DNA of 64,000 nucleotides from an uncultured Candidatus Saccharibacteria bacterium (GTDB lineage Bacteria; Patescibacteriota; Doudnabacteria; UBA920): NCBI GenBank assembly GCA_964416765.1, contig CAYQEU010000001.1, positions 276,480 to 340,479 of the forward strand, read 5' to 3'. Shown piece by piece: positions 17,687 to 28,369 of this stretch (position 1 is its first letter; each line of letters starts with the position of its first letter). The notes under the pieces were generated by a model. It saw only the letters and a program-made list of their open reading frames with translations, ran no database searches and was not told where the DNA came from. The position numbers and the translations under genes were made by a program.

Positions 17687-18445
17687 ATGTATAAGAGAGA
17701 TTTTAGGTATTCCTGGTTAACCCGGGTCCTGAAAACTTGGGTGCGGCGGTATTTCCCCGTACCGAAGTCGCCATATACCGCGGGGTATGTGGAGGACATC
17801 TGTTCGGTTAACCTCGTCCCGCCTGAAAAACTGAAAAAGTTTTTTGCTGCTTGCATCAAAGAGCTTCAGGTTTTGAAAGGTGCCAACATTGGAGACTACT
17901 GGGAATTCGGTGTCTTCAACGGCTCCTCAATGTCGAGCATGTATAATACGTGCCGCGAGTTGGGGTTAACGAAAACCCGTTTCTTCGGGTTCGACGCGTT
18001 CGAGGGCTTGCCACCGGAAGCGGAAAACGAGGACGACGGCGTCTGGAAGAAAGGGTTCTACCACTGCTCTTTCGACAAACTCGAAAGGTGCTTGGTGCGC
18101 CGGGGCGTGGACCCGGGCAACATCACTTGGGTAAAGGGATGGTTCAACCAAACCTTAAACAGCAAGACTGTTTGCCGGTACGGGTTAAGCAATCCGGGCA
18201 TAGTCTTCATAGACTGCGATACTTACAGTTCCTCCAAGACAGTTTTGGATTTCATCGCGCCGCTCATAACGGCGGAAACCATCATCTGTCTGGACGATTG
18301 GAAGCTTAACGACCTCGACCTTAAAGGTATGGGGGAGTATAAGGCTTTCAACGAGTTCCTGGATGAGAACCCTCATCTGCGAGCCGAGGAATTAATCTCC
18401 TACAACCGAAAGTCGAAGACTTTCCTAATCACCCCACTAAGCTGA
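17687..18445 (+). CDS. TylF/MycF-like O-methyltransferase
   Basis: GDYWEFGVFNGSS, FGFDAFEGLP, VKGWF, IDCDTY, LDDW; AGGAGG before ATG 17687. Confidence 0.85.
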   Translation: MYKRDFRYSWLTRVLKTWVRRYFPVPKSPYTAGYVEDICSVNLVPPEKLKKFFAACIKELQVLKGANIGDYWEFGVFNGSSMSSMYNTCRELGLTKTRFFGFDAFEGLPPEAENEDDGVWKKGFYHCSFDKLERCLVRRGVDPGNITWVKGWFNQTLNSKTVCRYGLSNPGIVFIDCDTYSSSKTVLDFIAPLITAETIICLDDWKLNDLDLKGMGEYKAFNEFLDENPHLRAEELISYNRKSKTFLITPLS

Positions 18446-18582
18446 GGGCGGAGAACTTGTTTTTCTGCCCTCCCACCATTTCAACTGTCGCCTAAAGGCG
18501 ATTTTTTTGTGCCCGCTGCTTTTTCCTGTTATCCAAGGGTTTTATGGGAAGTAATGTATAATAAATACAAAGCTTTCTCCGC

Positions 18583-21276
18583 ATGAATAAAATATTGTGG
18601 CACGTAAAATCAAAACAGCAGGTGCAGCGCCATTTTGGGGTGCCCGAATCCGGCCTGGAACTGCGCCAAGTGGAGGAAAACCAACTAAAATATGGACCTA
18701 ACGCCCTGCCGGAAGCTAGGGCTGATTCTTTGGCAGTTATTTTTTTGCGGCAGTTCCAGAGCCCGCTAATCTACATCCTCCTGGCGGCCAGTGTGGTTAT
18801 TTTTTTTATTAATGAGCTGACCGACGCTGCTATCATTCTTTTTATATTAGTTTTCAACGCGGTCGTGGGAACGATCCAGGAAGGGAAAGCGCAGAACACC
18901 CTGGCATCACTCAAAAAATTCGTGGAAACCAAGGCCACGGTCCTGCGCGCCGGTATCGAAGAAATTTTGAAAGACACGGAGGTTGTTCCGGGTGATATTT
19001 TGGTCCTGCGGGAGGGTGATAAAGTCCCCGCGGACGCCCGCGTTATAGAGTCCGAAGGGCTGACTTTGGACGAAGCCGCGCTTACCGGGGAATCACAGCC
19101 GGTTTATAAATCCGCTGACGCGCTGCGCAACGGGAACCTGCCCCCGGCCGAACAGCGCAACATGCTGTTCAAAGGGACCAACGTGGTGGCCGGGTCCGGC
19201 AAGGCAATTGTAGTGGCCATTGGGGCCGAAAGTTTAATTGGTGCCATATCGGCAAAGATTTCGGCGATAGAGTCAGAAGACCCGCTGAAGCGTGATGTCA
19301 GCAAACTGTCCCGGTTCATTATTTTGTGCGTCTCAGTAATTTGCGCCGGGCTTTTCCTGTTTGGAATATTGACGGGACAATCCGTCAAGGACATGTTCAC
19401 GGTGGTGGTTTCGCTCTCTGTTTCAATAATTCCGGAAGGGCTCCCCATTGTGTTAACTCTGGTCTTGGCTACCGGCGTCTGGCGGATGAGCAAGCGCAAC
19501 GCGTTGGTTAAGAAGCTGCAGGCGGTGGAAAGTTTGGGGCAGGCCACAGTGATCGCCGTTGATAAAACCGGCACTATTACGAAAAATGAGTTGGTGGTGC
19601 GGAAAGCGTTTGTCGCAGGGCAGGAGTTTGATGTAGAAGGGGACGGATATAGTGCTGTCGGCAGCGTGTTTCTCGCCGGCAAAAAAATTGAGCATAAAAA
19701 TTTTCCCGATTTGTTAAAGCTTGGTGAAGCCGCAGCGCTATGCGCTAACGCCAGCGTGGCGTTTAATGAAAGTAGCCAGACCACCCAAGTTGCGGGTGAC
19801 CCGACGGAAGGGGCTTTGGTCGTGTTCGCCGAAAAGCTGGGGCGGCCGAAGGATGTCATGGAGCAAACGTACCAGAAACTTTCCGAACTACCCTTTTCTT
19901 ACCAGAGTAAATATCATGCCGTGGTCCATGGCAACGGGAGCCGCCGGTCTCTAACGGTTGTCGGAGCGCCAGAAAAAATTGTCGACCTCTGCGCGAATGT
20001 ATGGCAGGGGAAACGCGCCGCGCGTTTGACGGCGGCGGAGAAGAGTGGTTTGGCGGAACGAATCAACCAAATGTCGAAGTCGGGGTTGCGCGTGGTGGGA
20101 ATAGCGTATAAAAGTATAAAGCAGGACGCGGTTAATTCTGATGAAGTGTCGGGATTAACTTTTTTGGGATTCGTCGGCATGGAAGATACATTGCGCGCGG
20201 AAGTACCGGATGCTCTGTCGCGCGCCCGGTCGGCTGGCATGCGGGTTGTCATGATTACGGGCGACCACAAGCTAACCGCGGAAGCAATCGCCACCCAGGC
20301 CGGAATATTCCGCAAAGGTGACCAGGTGTTGACTGGCATGGAAATTGATAACCTGAGCAAAGAACAACTGGCTGGTTTTCTTGGCAAGGTTGCCGTGTTT
20401 GCCAGGGTCACTCCCGAACATAAACTCAGGATTATTGAAGCGTACAAGCACGCCGGGGAAATTATTGCCATGACCGGTGACGGGGTGAACGATGCCCCGC
20501 CCCTTGTGGCAGCTGACTTGGGAGTTGCCATGGGTAAGATTGGCACTGAAGTGGCAAAGGAAGCAGCGGACATAATTTTGCTGGACGATAATTTTGGCAG
20601 TATTGTCTCCGCGGTGGAAGAAGGCCGCAGTATTTATAAGACCACAAAAAAAGTCATTTTATATCTGTTCTCCACCAGCTTCGGCGAAGTTTTGACCATT
20701 ACCGGGGCGTTGGTACTGGGGCTGCCGCTGCCAGTATTGGCGGTCCAGCTGTTGTGGCTCAATTTTGTAACTGATGGTTTTTTGGATGTGTCCCTCGCCA
20801 TGGAGCCTCGGGAAGAGGGTCTGTTGCATAAACGCGCACCCGCAGGATCGTCATCTCTGCTCGACGCGTTGATGCTTAAGCGCATGCTAACCATGGCTTT
20901 GCCCATGGCGATTGGGGCCCTGCTCTTGTTCTCGCGCTACGTTGGAGGTGACATGGTTAAGGCCTGGACAGTTTCCGTGACGGTGCTCGCGGTGTTCCAG
21001 TGGTTTAACGCGTGGAACTGCCGGAGCGAAAGGCAGTCCATCTTTAGGCATAATATATTCTCCAATAAGTATTTGCTCGGGGCCACGGCGATTGTAGGGT
21101 CACTGCAGCTCCTCGCGGTTTATCACCCTTTCTTCCAAAACTACCTGCGCACTACTGCGTTAAACCTTACCGAATGGGGAATGATAATCGCCACGGCCGC
21201 TTCCATAATATTAGTGGAAGAAATCCGTAAATATTTCTACCGCCGGCAAGAACTGAATTTTAACAAAATTACATGA
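18583..21276 (+). CDS. Cation-transporting P-type ATPase (Ca2+-type)
   Basis: LTGES, IPEGL, DKTGT, MITGD, GDGVND. Confidence 0.95.
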   Translation: MNKILWHVKSKQQVQRHFGVPESGLELRQVEENQLKYGPNALPEARADSLAVIFLRQFQSPLIYILLAASVVIFFINELTDAAIILFILVFNAVVGTIQEGKAQNTLASLKKFVETKATVLRAGIEEILKDTEVVPGDILVLREGDKVPADARVIESEGLTLDEAALTGESQPVYKSADALRNGNLPPAEQRNMLFKGTNVVAGSGKAIVVAIGAESLIGAISAKISAIESEDPLKRDVSKLSRFIILCVSVICAGLFLFGILTGQSVKDMFTVVVSLSVSIIPEGLPIVLTLVLATGVWRMSKRNALVKKLQAVESLGQATVIAVDKTGTITKNELVVRKAFVAGQEFDVEGDGYSAVGSVFLAGKKIEHKNFPDLLKLGEAAALCANASVAFNESSQTTQVAGDPTEGALVVFAEKLGRPKDVMEQTYQKLSELPFSYQSKYHAVVHGNGSRRSLTVVGAPEKIVDLCANVWQGKRAARLTAAEKSGLAERINQMSKSGLRVVGIAYKSIKQDAVNSDEVSGLTFLGFVGMEDTLRAEVPDALSRARSAGMRVVMITGDHKLTAEAIATQAGIFRKGDQVLTGMEIDNLSKEQLAGFLGKVAVFARVTPEHKLRIIEAYKHAGEIIAMTGDGVNDAPPLVAADLGVAMGKIGTEVAKEAADIILLDDNFGSIVSAVEEGRSIYKTTKKVILYLFSTSFGEVLTITGALVLGLPLPVLAVQLLWLNFVTDGFLDVSLAMEPREEGLLHKRAPAGSSSLLDALMLKRMLTMALPMAIGALLLFSRYVGGDMVKAWTVSVTVLAVFQWFNAWNCRSERQSIFRHNIFSNKYLLGATAIVGSLQLLAVYHPFFQNYLRTTALNLTEWGMIIATAASIILVEEIRKYFYRRQELNFNKIT

Positions 21277-22250
21277 CGGTACTGGTCCATTTACTATTGT
21301 TTGTTTTATCGGCGGGGGTAGTCTGGTTTTTTGCCGGGATGCTCATTGAATCAGTAAATAACGTCGCTAAGAGGTTCCACCAGAGCGGTTTTACGGTGGC
21401 GTTTTTTGTTCTTGGCTTTTTGACCTCCATTAGCGAAATTTCAGTAATGGTAAATTCGAGCATCAACCAAACGCCCCAAATATCAGCGGGGAATTTAGTG
21501 GGGGCATCTTTCGTTATTCTGCTCTTTATAGTCCCGCTTCTGGCGATTGTGGGCAAGGGCGTCCAGCTTCGAAACACGCTCCGGCACAAGTATCTGGCTA
21601 TCGCGCTGTTTGCGGTGGCGTTGCCCGCCCTGCTTATGCTTGATGGGAGTGTAAGCAGGAGTGAAGGTGTTATGTGTTTCCTGCTCTATGGAACTCTAAT
21701 TTATTTTATCCGCAAAGAACATTCCAAATCCGCCCCCGAGATTGTAGTAGCGGTTAGCGAGGAACTGATTGACAGAAAGAAAGCGACGGCGAAAGACGTT
21801 ATTAAAATAGTGATCGGCGCCGCTTTTATTTTTATTTCCGGCCACTTGCTCGTTGATGAGGCCGGCTATTTTTCGCAGGTCTTAAGCATTCCTTCGTCTA
21901 TCATCGGTTTGGTATTGCTTTCAATTGGGACAAATATACCGGAACTGGTAATCGCGGTTCGCTCAGTATTAAAGAAGCATAAGGACATCGCCTTTGGTGA
22001 TTACCTCGGTTCTACCGTCACTAACACTTTGGTATTTGCTTTCCTTCCCTGGATTAACGGCAAGTTTTCCGTCGAGCCTTCTGAATTCATAGACGCGGCA
22101 GTGCTGATGGTAATCGGCTTAGTGGGATTTTTCTTTTTTGCCAAGTCAAAAAATAAAATTACCCGGAGGGAAGGATTTGCCCTGATCGCCGTGTATGGTG
22201 CTTTTTTGGTAATCCAGGCCATAAACTTGGTAAGATTTGCAACTGACTAA
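21273..22250 (+). CDS. Na+/Ca2+ exchanger family membrane protein
   Basis: TSISE and GTNIPE alpha-repeats. Confidence 0.85.
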   Translation: MTVLVHLLLFVLSAGVVWFFAGMLIESVNNVAKRFHQSGFTVAFFVLGFLTSISEISVMVNSSINQTPQISAGNLVGASFVILLFIVPLLAIVGKGVQLRNTLRHKYLAIALFAVALPALLMLDGSVSRSEGVMCFLLYGTLIYFIRKEHSKSAPEIVVAVSEELIDRKKATAKDVIKIVIGAAFIFISGHLLVDEAGYFSQVLSIPSSIIGLVLLSIGTNIPELVIAVRSVLKKHKDIAFGDYLGSTVTNTLVFAFLPWINGKFSVEPSEFIDAAVLMVIGLVGFFFFAKSKNKITRREGFALIAVYGAFLVIQAINLVRFATD

Positions 22251-22294
22251 CTAATCCTGGCGTTATATAGTTGTATAATTACGCATATAATAGA

Positions 22295-22615
22295 ATGGAA
22301 TCACAAGGTTTTTGTCTTCTCAACAAATTAACAACTAAACCGGGACACCGGGATGAGGTGGTTAAGATTCTGCTCGAATCGGCGCGGCCCTTTGAGGATA
22401 ACCCTTCCTGCATTCTTTATCGTGTTTTTAAGGACATGGCTGATGAAAACGCAATTTGGGTGGAGGATGCCTGGGCCAACAAAGAAGACCATGAGAAGGC
22501 CCTTAAAACCGCCGAGATGGCCGTATATATAGAAAAATGCATGCCGCTCTTGGAAGGGTTGCCGGAACAAATTAAGGTGGAATACGTGGGCGGCAAACCG
22601 TTACCTCAAAGGTAG
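22295..22615 (+). CDS. Antibiotic biosynthesis monooxygenase (ABM) family protein
   Basis: KPGHRDEVV...CILYRV...IWVEDAWANKEDHEKAL. Confidence 0.8.
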   Translation: MESQGFCLLNKLTTKPGHRDEVVKILLESARPFEDNPSCILYRVFKDMADENAIWVEDAWANKEDHEKALKTAEMAVYIEKCMPLLEGLPEQIKVEYVGGKPLPQR

Positions 22616-22710
22616 CCCTTCAAGCTAAGGGGGTTAATAAAGGGCCTGTTTTTTGTTATTATTACTCAGTATCAATTAGCACACCGCACGTTTTATCAAT
22701 TAATTAAAAT

Positions 22711-23469
22711 ATGGAAACACTATTAAAAGTCCATGATTTGAAGAAAACCTACGCTGGAGATTTTGAAGCGGTTAAAGGGGTTTCTTTTGAAGTGGCAAAA
22801 GGCGAGGTATTTGGAATTTTGGGACCCAACGGCGCTGGAAAGACGACGACTCTGGAAATGATTGAGGGACTGCGCGACATAACTTCAGGGGACGTGGTTC
22901 TCGACGGAATCAGCACAAAGGAAAATCCCTATGCGGTAAAAGAGCGGATTGGAATCCAATTGCAGTCCTCCGCGTTTTTTCCGAACTTAAACCTGACTGA
23001 ATTGCTTAACATGTTTTCTGACTTGTATGGCCAGACTAATGATCCCATCGAATTGCTGCGCGAAGTGGGTCTAGAAGAAAAAGCGACTGCGCGCGTGAAG
23101 GATTTATCGGGCGGTCAAAAACAGCGCTTCAGTATTGCAACCACGCTGGTCAACAAACCAATTGCGATTTTTCTGGACGAGCCAACGACCGGCCTCGACC
23201 CCCAGGCTCGCCGCAACCTTTGGGATTTAATTAACCAGATTCGTTCCAAGGGGACTACTATTATTATCACCACCCACTACATGGATGAAGCCCAGGTTTT
23301 GTGTGACCGGGTTGCAATTATGGACGACGGGAAGATTGTGGCGCTGGACACCCCCAACAACCTCATTAAACAATTGCTTGATCGCGGCTTTACACCTAAC
23401 ACATCAGTACCTCCAGCCACGCTTGAAGACGTATTCATTGACCTGACCGGAAAGGAGCTGCGAGACTAA
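22711..23469 (+). CDS. ABC transporter ATP-binding protein
   Basis: GPNGAGKTT, LSGGQ, FLDEPT. Confidence 0.95.
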   Translation: METLLKVHDLKKTYAGDFEAVKGVSFEVAKGEVFGILGPNGAGKTTTLEMIEGLRDITSGDVVLDGISTKENPYAVKERIGIQLQSSAFFPNLNLTELLNMFSDLYGQTNDPIELLREVGLEEKATARVKDLSGGQKQRFSIATTLVNKPIAIFLDEPTTGLDPQARRNLWDLINQIRSKGTTIIITTHYMDEAQVLCDRVAIMDDGKIVALDTPNNLIKQLLDRGFTPNTSVPPATLEDVFIDLTGKELRD

Positions 23470-24569
23470 TGAACAAGACTTTTACTTCCATAAAAACTCT
23501 GACCGTCGCGTCCATGCGGATGTACTTCCGCAACCGGGGAGCCGTTATATTCACTTTGATTTTGCCGCTTGCGCTGCTGTCAGTTTTTGGCTTCTTGTCC
23601 AAAAGCAATAATGCCGCAATCACTGTTGAGCTAACCAACAATTCCAACACGGAAATCGCCAAAAATTTGGTTAAGTCAATTCAGGACATCAAAGCATTCA
23701 AAGTCAAAGAAGTTTCGCAGTCGGAAGCCGCTGATGCTTTGGGAAAGGGGAACGCGGACCTTCAGGTTATAATTCCCGAACAATTCGGCACGAGGGATGA
23801 TAAAGGTGGTTTGGCAAATGCCGCCATCACAACCCACTACAATGCCGCTAAGCCGCAAAACGGCCAGGCCGCCAATCTTATCATTACCCAGGTGGTTAAT
23901 GGTTTTAACAACCAGTTAACGCACGCGCCGCAGCCGCTCACTATTGAGTCTTCCGGTGTACAGACGAACAACCTGAATTACTTCGACTTTATTCTTCCCG
24001 GTATTTTGGCCATGACCATAATGCAGTTAGGTATTTTCGGGGTTTCTTTCGCTTTCGTTTCGCTTAAGGCTAGCGGCGCGTTGCGCCGTCTGCAGGCTAC
24101 TCCGGTTCATCCCCGTAATTTCGTCTTTGCCCAAGCGGTTACCCGGTTAGTCATTACCATGGCGACCGTGGCCCTACTCCTTATTCTTGGGATCAAATTC
24201 TTTAATTTTCACATGATTGGGAATTATGCTTCTTTTGGGCTCGTAACCATTTTGGGGATCTTGGTGTTCTTGGGTATTGGGTTTGGGGTTGCCGGTTGGG
24301 CCAAAGATGAGAACCAAGTTGCGCCGGTGGCTAACGTCATCCAACTGCCAATGTTGTTTTTGTCCGGAATCTTTTTCCCCCGCGATTCATTTCCTAATTG
24401 GCTCCACACCGTCACTAACTTTTTCCCTCTGACTTACTTGAGTGACGCCCTGCATAAGATAGCCAATGAGGGGGTTCATCTAAGCGCTTTGGGAGGAGAC
24501 TTACTCGGCCTGATTATTTGGGGAGTTGTTATATACATCCTGGCCATAAACCTGTTCCGCTGGGAATAG
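23469..24569 (+). CDS. ABC-2 type permease
   Basis: LRRLQATP, FLSGIFFP; six TM segments. Confidence 0.9.
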   Translation: MNKTFTSIKTLTVASMRMYFRNRGAVIFTLILPLALLSVFGFLSKSNNAAITVELTNNSNTEIAKNLVKSIQDIKAFKVKEVSQSEAADALGKGNADLQVIIPEQFGTRDDKGGLANAAITTHYNAAKPQNGQAANLIITQVVNGFNNQLTHAPQPLTIESSGVQTNNLNYFDFILPGILAMTIMQLGIFGVSFAFVSLKASGALRRLQATPVHPRNFVFAQAVTRLVITMATVALLLILGIKFFNFHMIGNYASFGLVTILGILVFLGIGFGVAGWAKDENQVAPVANVIQLPMLFLSGIFFPRDSFPNWLHTVTNFFPLTYLSDALHKIANEGVHLSALGGDLLGLIIWGVVIYILAINLFRWE

Positions 24570-24611
24570 CAGAAAATTAAAATAAAAAATATCATATTTG
24601 CTGATTGGATA

Positions 24612-25067
24612 ATGTTAATTGCTGCGATAGTACTGGCCCAGGCCGTAGGCGCGGTGGGTACGATTTTTACCGCGCGCAAAATCCCAACGTGGTACAAGGG
24701 CCTGCGGAAACCAAAACTTTCGCCGCCTAATTGGATATTTGGCCCGGTTTGGGTGACCCTGTTCGCATTAATGGGGATCGCTTCTTTCCTAGTATGGAGA
24801 GAAGGTTGGGATGCCGCTCCGGTCAAATTGGCGCTGCTAATGTACGCAGCACAGTTCATCCTAAATGTGTTATGGTCAGCAATATTTTTCGGTTTGGAAA
24901 ATCCGTGGGCTGCCTTTGTTGAAATCTTGGTGTTGTGGATTGCTATTGCCGCGACAATTGCTTCATTCAGCCAAGTGTCCGGTATCGCGGCATGGCTGTT
25001 GCTTCCTTACCTTATGTGGGTAACTTTTGCGGGTTACTTAAACTATAAAATTTGGCGTCTAAACTAA
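24612..25067 (+). CDS. tspO: TspO/MBR family protein
   Basis: WYKGLRKPKLSPPNWIFGPVW, LLPYLMWVTFA. Confidence 0.93.
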   Translation: MLIAAIVLAQAVGAVGTIFTARKIPTWYKGLRKPKLSPPNWIFGPVWVTLFALMGIASFLVWREGWDAAPVKLALLMYAAQFILNVLWSAIFFGLENPWAAFVEILVLWIAIAATIASFSQVSGIAAWLLLPYLMWVTFAGYLNYKIWRLN

Positions 25068-26068
25068 TGAATAAAATAAAACTTTTACCATTACTTTTTT
25101 TGGCTGGATTTCTGCTATGGGCCGCTCCGGCCAAAGCCGACCAGCTTATCGGTTCACCAATTGTCCAGGATCCGTCGGCGCTAACGACACGAGTCACCAA
25201 AAAGATTAACATTGCGAACTATGCCCCCACTGACTTGGTTTCTTTGGGCGCTTTGACCGGTGGTTCGGGCCAGTACCTGCGCCAAGTGGCCTACAATGAC
25301 CTTAAGGCCATGTTTGATGACGCCGCCGTCGCTAACCTGCCGCTTAAGGTTACCTCCGCTTACCGCAGTTTTTCCGAGCAACAACAACTTTACACTAACG
25401 GGACTTCCGGTGACCCGAATGGTTCGGATGTCATCGCCAAGCCGGGTTATTCGGAACACCAATTGGGGTTGGCATTAGATATTGGGGCCGCTAATACTTT
25501 ATCGGGATTCGGATCCACTCCGCAATCGGCCTGGCTCCAGTCCAACGCCTACAAATATGGGTTTGCCTTATCCTACCCAAGTGGAAAGGAATCCATAACC
25601 GGTTATACTTATGAGCCATGGCACTACCGGTATATTGGCCGCTCCGAAGCCGCTGCCTGGAAACAATCAGGTCTTGTATTGGAACAGTACCTTGCCTTGA
25701 AGCCGCAGCTTTACCTGACGCTTTCCTTAACAGGGCAGGTTATCAAACTGCAAAACGACCCCACTGTGTACATAGTGAATTCGAACGGGACAAAGCGCGG
25801 ATTCATAAATGCCGCCGCTTTTCTTTCTTACGGATATCAATGGGGCGATATCCTTTTAGTCCCGCAAGACCAATTAGCCGGCCTTCCGGAAACAAAAGTA
25901 GTGAAGCTTCAGGGCGACCCGACGGTGTACCAATTTAACGCCGACAAAACAAGGCAGGCCATTGCTTCCGAGGCCGCCTACTTACAGCTCGGCTACAAGT
26001 GGAGTGATATAGTTGAAATTAACGCGACCGAACTGGCCGGGTACCAGGTCGGTCCAATAATCAAATAA
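25067..26068 (+). CDS. M15B D-alanyl-D-alanine carboxypeptidase (VanY-like) with two C-terminal repeats
   Basis: SAYRS, PGYSEHQLGLALD, YEPWHYRY; signal peptide. Confidence 0.88.
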   Translation: MNKIKLLPLLFLAGFLLWAAPAKADQLIGSPIVQDPSALTTRVTKKINIANYAPTDLVSLGALTGGSGQYLRQVAYNDLKAMFDDAAVANLPLKVTSAYRSFSEQQQLYTNGTSGDPNGSDVIAKPGYSEHQLGLALDIGAANTLSGFGSTPQSAWLQSNAYKYGFALSYPSGKESITGYTYEPWHYRYIGRSEAAAWKQSGLVLEQYLALKPQLYLTLSLTGQVIKLQNDPTVYIVNSNGTKRGFINAAAFLSYGYQWGDILLVPQDQLAGLPETKVVKLQGDPTVYQFNADKTRQAIASEAAYLQLGYKWSDIVEINATELAGYQVGPIIK

Positions 26069-26069
26069 C

Positions 26070-26690
26070 ATGAAAAAAATTATATTCCTTAGTGGGATAC
26101 TGCTCTTGGCGCTGGGTTGCAACCGGCAGGTTAGCCCCGGCCCCAATGCCCCTGCTAATCACTCCGAACCGGTTTCCAACAGCCAGCAATCATCAAATTC
26201 CCAACCGCAGTTACAGGGATATGCCAATTCGACTTACGGAGTGTCCTTACAGTATCCGGCTGATTTTACTTTTACTGACGCAACCTACGCGAATCTGGAC
26301 CAAAAAATCGTCCAGCTCTCCCTGGGACAGTCCAGTTACCCTGGTACGAATTTTGGGGATGCGGGGGTTGCGATTAGCACACAGAGCGCGTCTTCACTCA
26401 AGCAATGTCTGCAAATAAATTTGCCGGAGAACGCTAAAGGCTTTAAAGAAACCCGAGACATTAACGGAACTACTTTCTCTGCGGGGCAGTCTACCGGTGC
26501 GGGGGCGGGCAATATCTATAATTCTCGCGTTTACCGCGCGTACCGAAACAATTCCTGTTACGAACTAGTCGAAACAATTCACACTTCCAACATCGGCAAT
26601 TACGAACCGGGCACCGTCAAGGAAGTTGGCGCGGATGCCGTTTGGCATCGCCTGGACCAAATAACCAAAACTTTTAAATTCGCAAATTGA
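26070..26690 (+). CDS. Lipoprotein
   Basis: LALGC lipobox. Confidence 0.75.
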   Translation: MKKIIFLSGILLLALGCNRQVSPGPNAPANHSEPVSNSQQSSNSQPQLQGYANSTYGVSLQYPADFTFTDATYANLDQKIVQLSLGQSSYPGTNFGDAGVAISTQSASSLKQCLQINLPENAKGFKETRDINGTTFSAGQSTGAGAGNIYNSRVYRAYRNNSCYELVETIHTSNIGNYEPGTVKEVGADAVWHRLDQITKTFKFAN

Positions 26691-27163
26691 TTTTTTACGA
26701 TTCTAACAACGGTGCCCATACGCTACAGGAGAATGAAGCCGTTCAATGGCGGGTTTCAGCTTATGCTATCGTCCTAAATGAGGAAGGGAAGCTTTTGTTA
26801 GTCACGCCAACCTGGCGGGATACCTACGACATCCCGGGCGGGGGAGTAGAACCCAATGAGGAAATCGCCGAAGGGCTAAAGCGGGAGGTTTATGAAGAAA
26901 CGGGCTACAAGATTAAAGTTGTTGATAACTACCCATTTTATATTTCCGAAACCAACTTTTATTGGCAAAGCCAGCCCAACCCTTTTCGCCATTCAGTAAA
27001 TATGTTTTTTAGGGCCGAACTTGAAAGTTTAGAACAAAATCTGGGAGCGGTTAATGTGGCCGTACCAAACGAAATAGCCAAAATCGAATGGGTTGGTATT
27101 TCGACTATCACCAAGGAAAATTGCCACTGGATGTATTTACCCGCCATCGAAAAATTGGGCTAA
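26687..27163 (+). CDS. NUDIX hydrolase
   Basis: PGGGVEPNEEIAEGLKREVYEETG. Confidence 0.9.
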   Translation: MIFYDSNNGAHTLQENEAVQWRVSAYAIVLNEEGKLLLVTPTWRDTYDIPGGGVEPNEEIAEGLKREVYEETGYKIKVVDNYPFYISETNFYWQSQPNPFRHSVNMFFRAELESLEQNLGAVNVAVPNEIAKIEWVGISTITKENCHWMYLPAIEKLG

Positions 27164-27181
27164 CTTTGATATCATTTAAAC

Positions 27182-27856
27182 ATGACGAATAAAAAAACTG
27201 TTAAGAAAGTAGCAAAAAAGGTTAAGAACGGCGAAGCTCCACAAATTAAGGCGGTGGTATTTGATTTGGGCGGGGTGATTATGAGCGGTGGTTATTTGCC
27301 GTTCCTGCACCATTACTGCCTTAACGCGTTAAAAGGCGCGGGCAAAAAGAAAATTGACCGTTTAGAGCATGAAGTTAACCTTGGCAAAATCACTGAGAAC
27401 CAGTTTTACAAAGAAATCCAGCGTGTGTTTGACGTGCATCTAACCCCCAAGCAAATGCACCAAAAGATCGTGGAAAAGATGCAGACCGACAAAAGCCTAG
27501 TGCATTTTATCCCTCACCTCAAGAAAACAAAAGTCGCTTTGTTTACCAACTCAATCGGCAGCATGGCGGTTGACGTTTTGCATAAGCGGGGAGTGCCGGT
27601 TAGGAAAACTTTCGATAACCTATTCATTTCCAGCAAGATCCATTTAGCCAAACCGGACGCAAAAGCCTACCATTACGTGATAAAGAAATTAAAAGTAAAA
27701 CCCGGGGAAGCTTTAATGGTTGATGACCGACCGGAGAACATCCGCGGCGCAAAAAAAATCGGGATGCAGGGAGTGGTTTACAAGAACGCGGGTCAGTTCA
27801 AGAAGGAGTTAAAAAAATACCGGTTTGGCGTGCGAAAACAATTAAACAAAAAATAA
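27182..27856 (+). CDS. HAD-family phosphatase
   Basis: VVFDLGGV, FTN, AKPD, MVDD. Confidence 0.9.
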   Translation: MTNKKTVKKVAKKVKNGEAPQIKAVVFDLGGVIMSGGYLPFLHHYCLNALKGAGKKKIDRLEHEVNLGKITENQFYKEIQRVFDVHLTPKQMHQKIVEKMQTDKSLVHFIPHLKKTKVALFTNSIGSMAVDVLHKRGVPVRKTFDNLFISSKIHLAKPDAKAYHYVIKKLKVKPGEALMVDDRPENIRGAKKIGMQGVVYKNAGQFKKELKKYRFGVRKQLNKK

Positions 27857-28221
27857 TGGGAAGCAGAATCGAGCTCAATGATACTCTTCAAATAACCAGG
27901 GAGCAGGGGTTTCCCGAAGAGCTGGATTACCAAAAGCATCTAGCCAGCCCTTTCACAGCTGATCAGTTTAGTGGCAGGATCTTTGAGTTTAACAATAAAA
28001 AAGACGTCAGGGTTTATCAGCAAATGCCGGTGAGGAATTTTTTGGCTGAAAACGTGGACGGGAAATGGCGTTACTGGGGCTTAGTTCATATTTTGGAAAT
28101 TACCCAAAATTACGAAACCCAAACCACCTCCGGAAAGTTCCGAATTGAATATATCTATACTCCGGAAGAAATGGAGCAAGCGTACAGCTTAATTGACCGA
28201 CGGCCAGACCAAAAACTTTAA
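27856..28221 (+). CDS. Hypothetical protein
   Basis: 121-aa ORF coupled to the upstream stop; terminator follows. Confidence 0.7.
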   Translation: MGSRIELNDTLQITREQGFPEELDYQKHLASPFTADQFSGRIFEFNNKKDVRVYQQMPVRNFLAENVDGKWRYWGLVHILEITQNYETQTTSGKFRIEYIYTPEEMEQAYSLIDRRPDQKL

Positions 28222-28252
28222 TTAAAACCCCGCCAAGTGCGGGGATTTTTTA

Positions 28253-28324
28253 TTAAAAAAAGTTGTCCGGGTCGGGCAATCCGGCTATGTTGTCAATTTT
28301 TTCTTCTTCTTCATCGTCGGGCAT
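28253..28324 (-). CDS. 23-aa acidic peptide
   Basis: GGGAGGTGA RBS, then MPDDEEEEKIDNIAGLPDPDNFF*. Confidence 0.45.
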   Translation of the reverse strand: MPDDEEEEKIDNIAGLPDPDNFF

Positions 28325-28369
28325 GTATAATCACCTCCCTTCGATATATCGACTTAATGCTACACCTGG

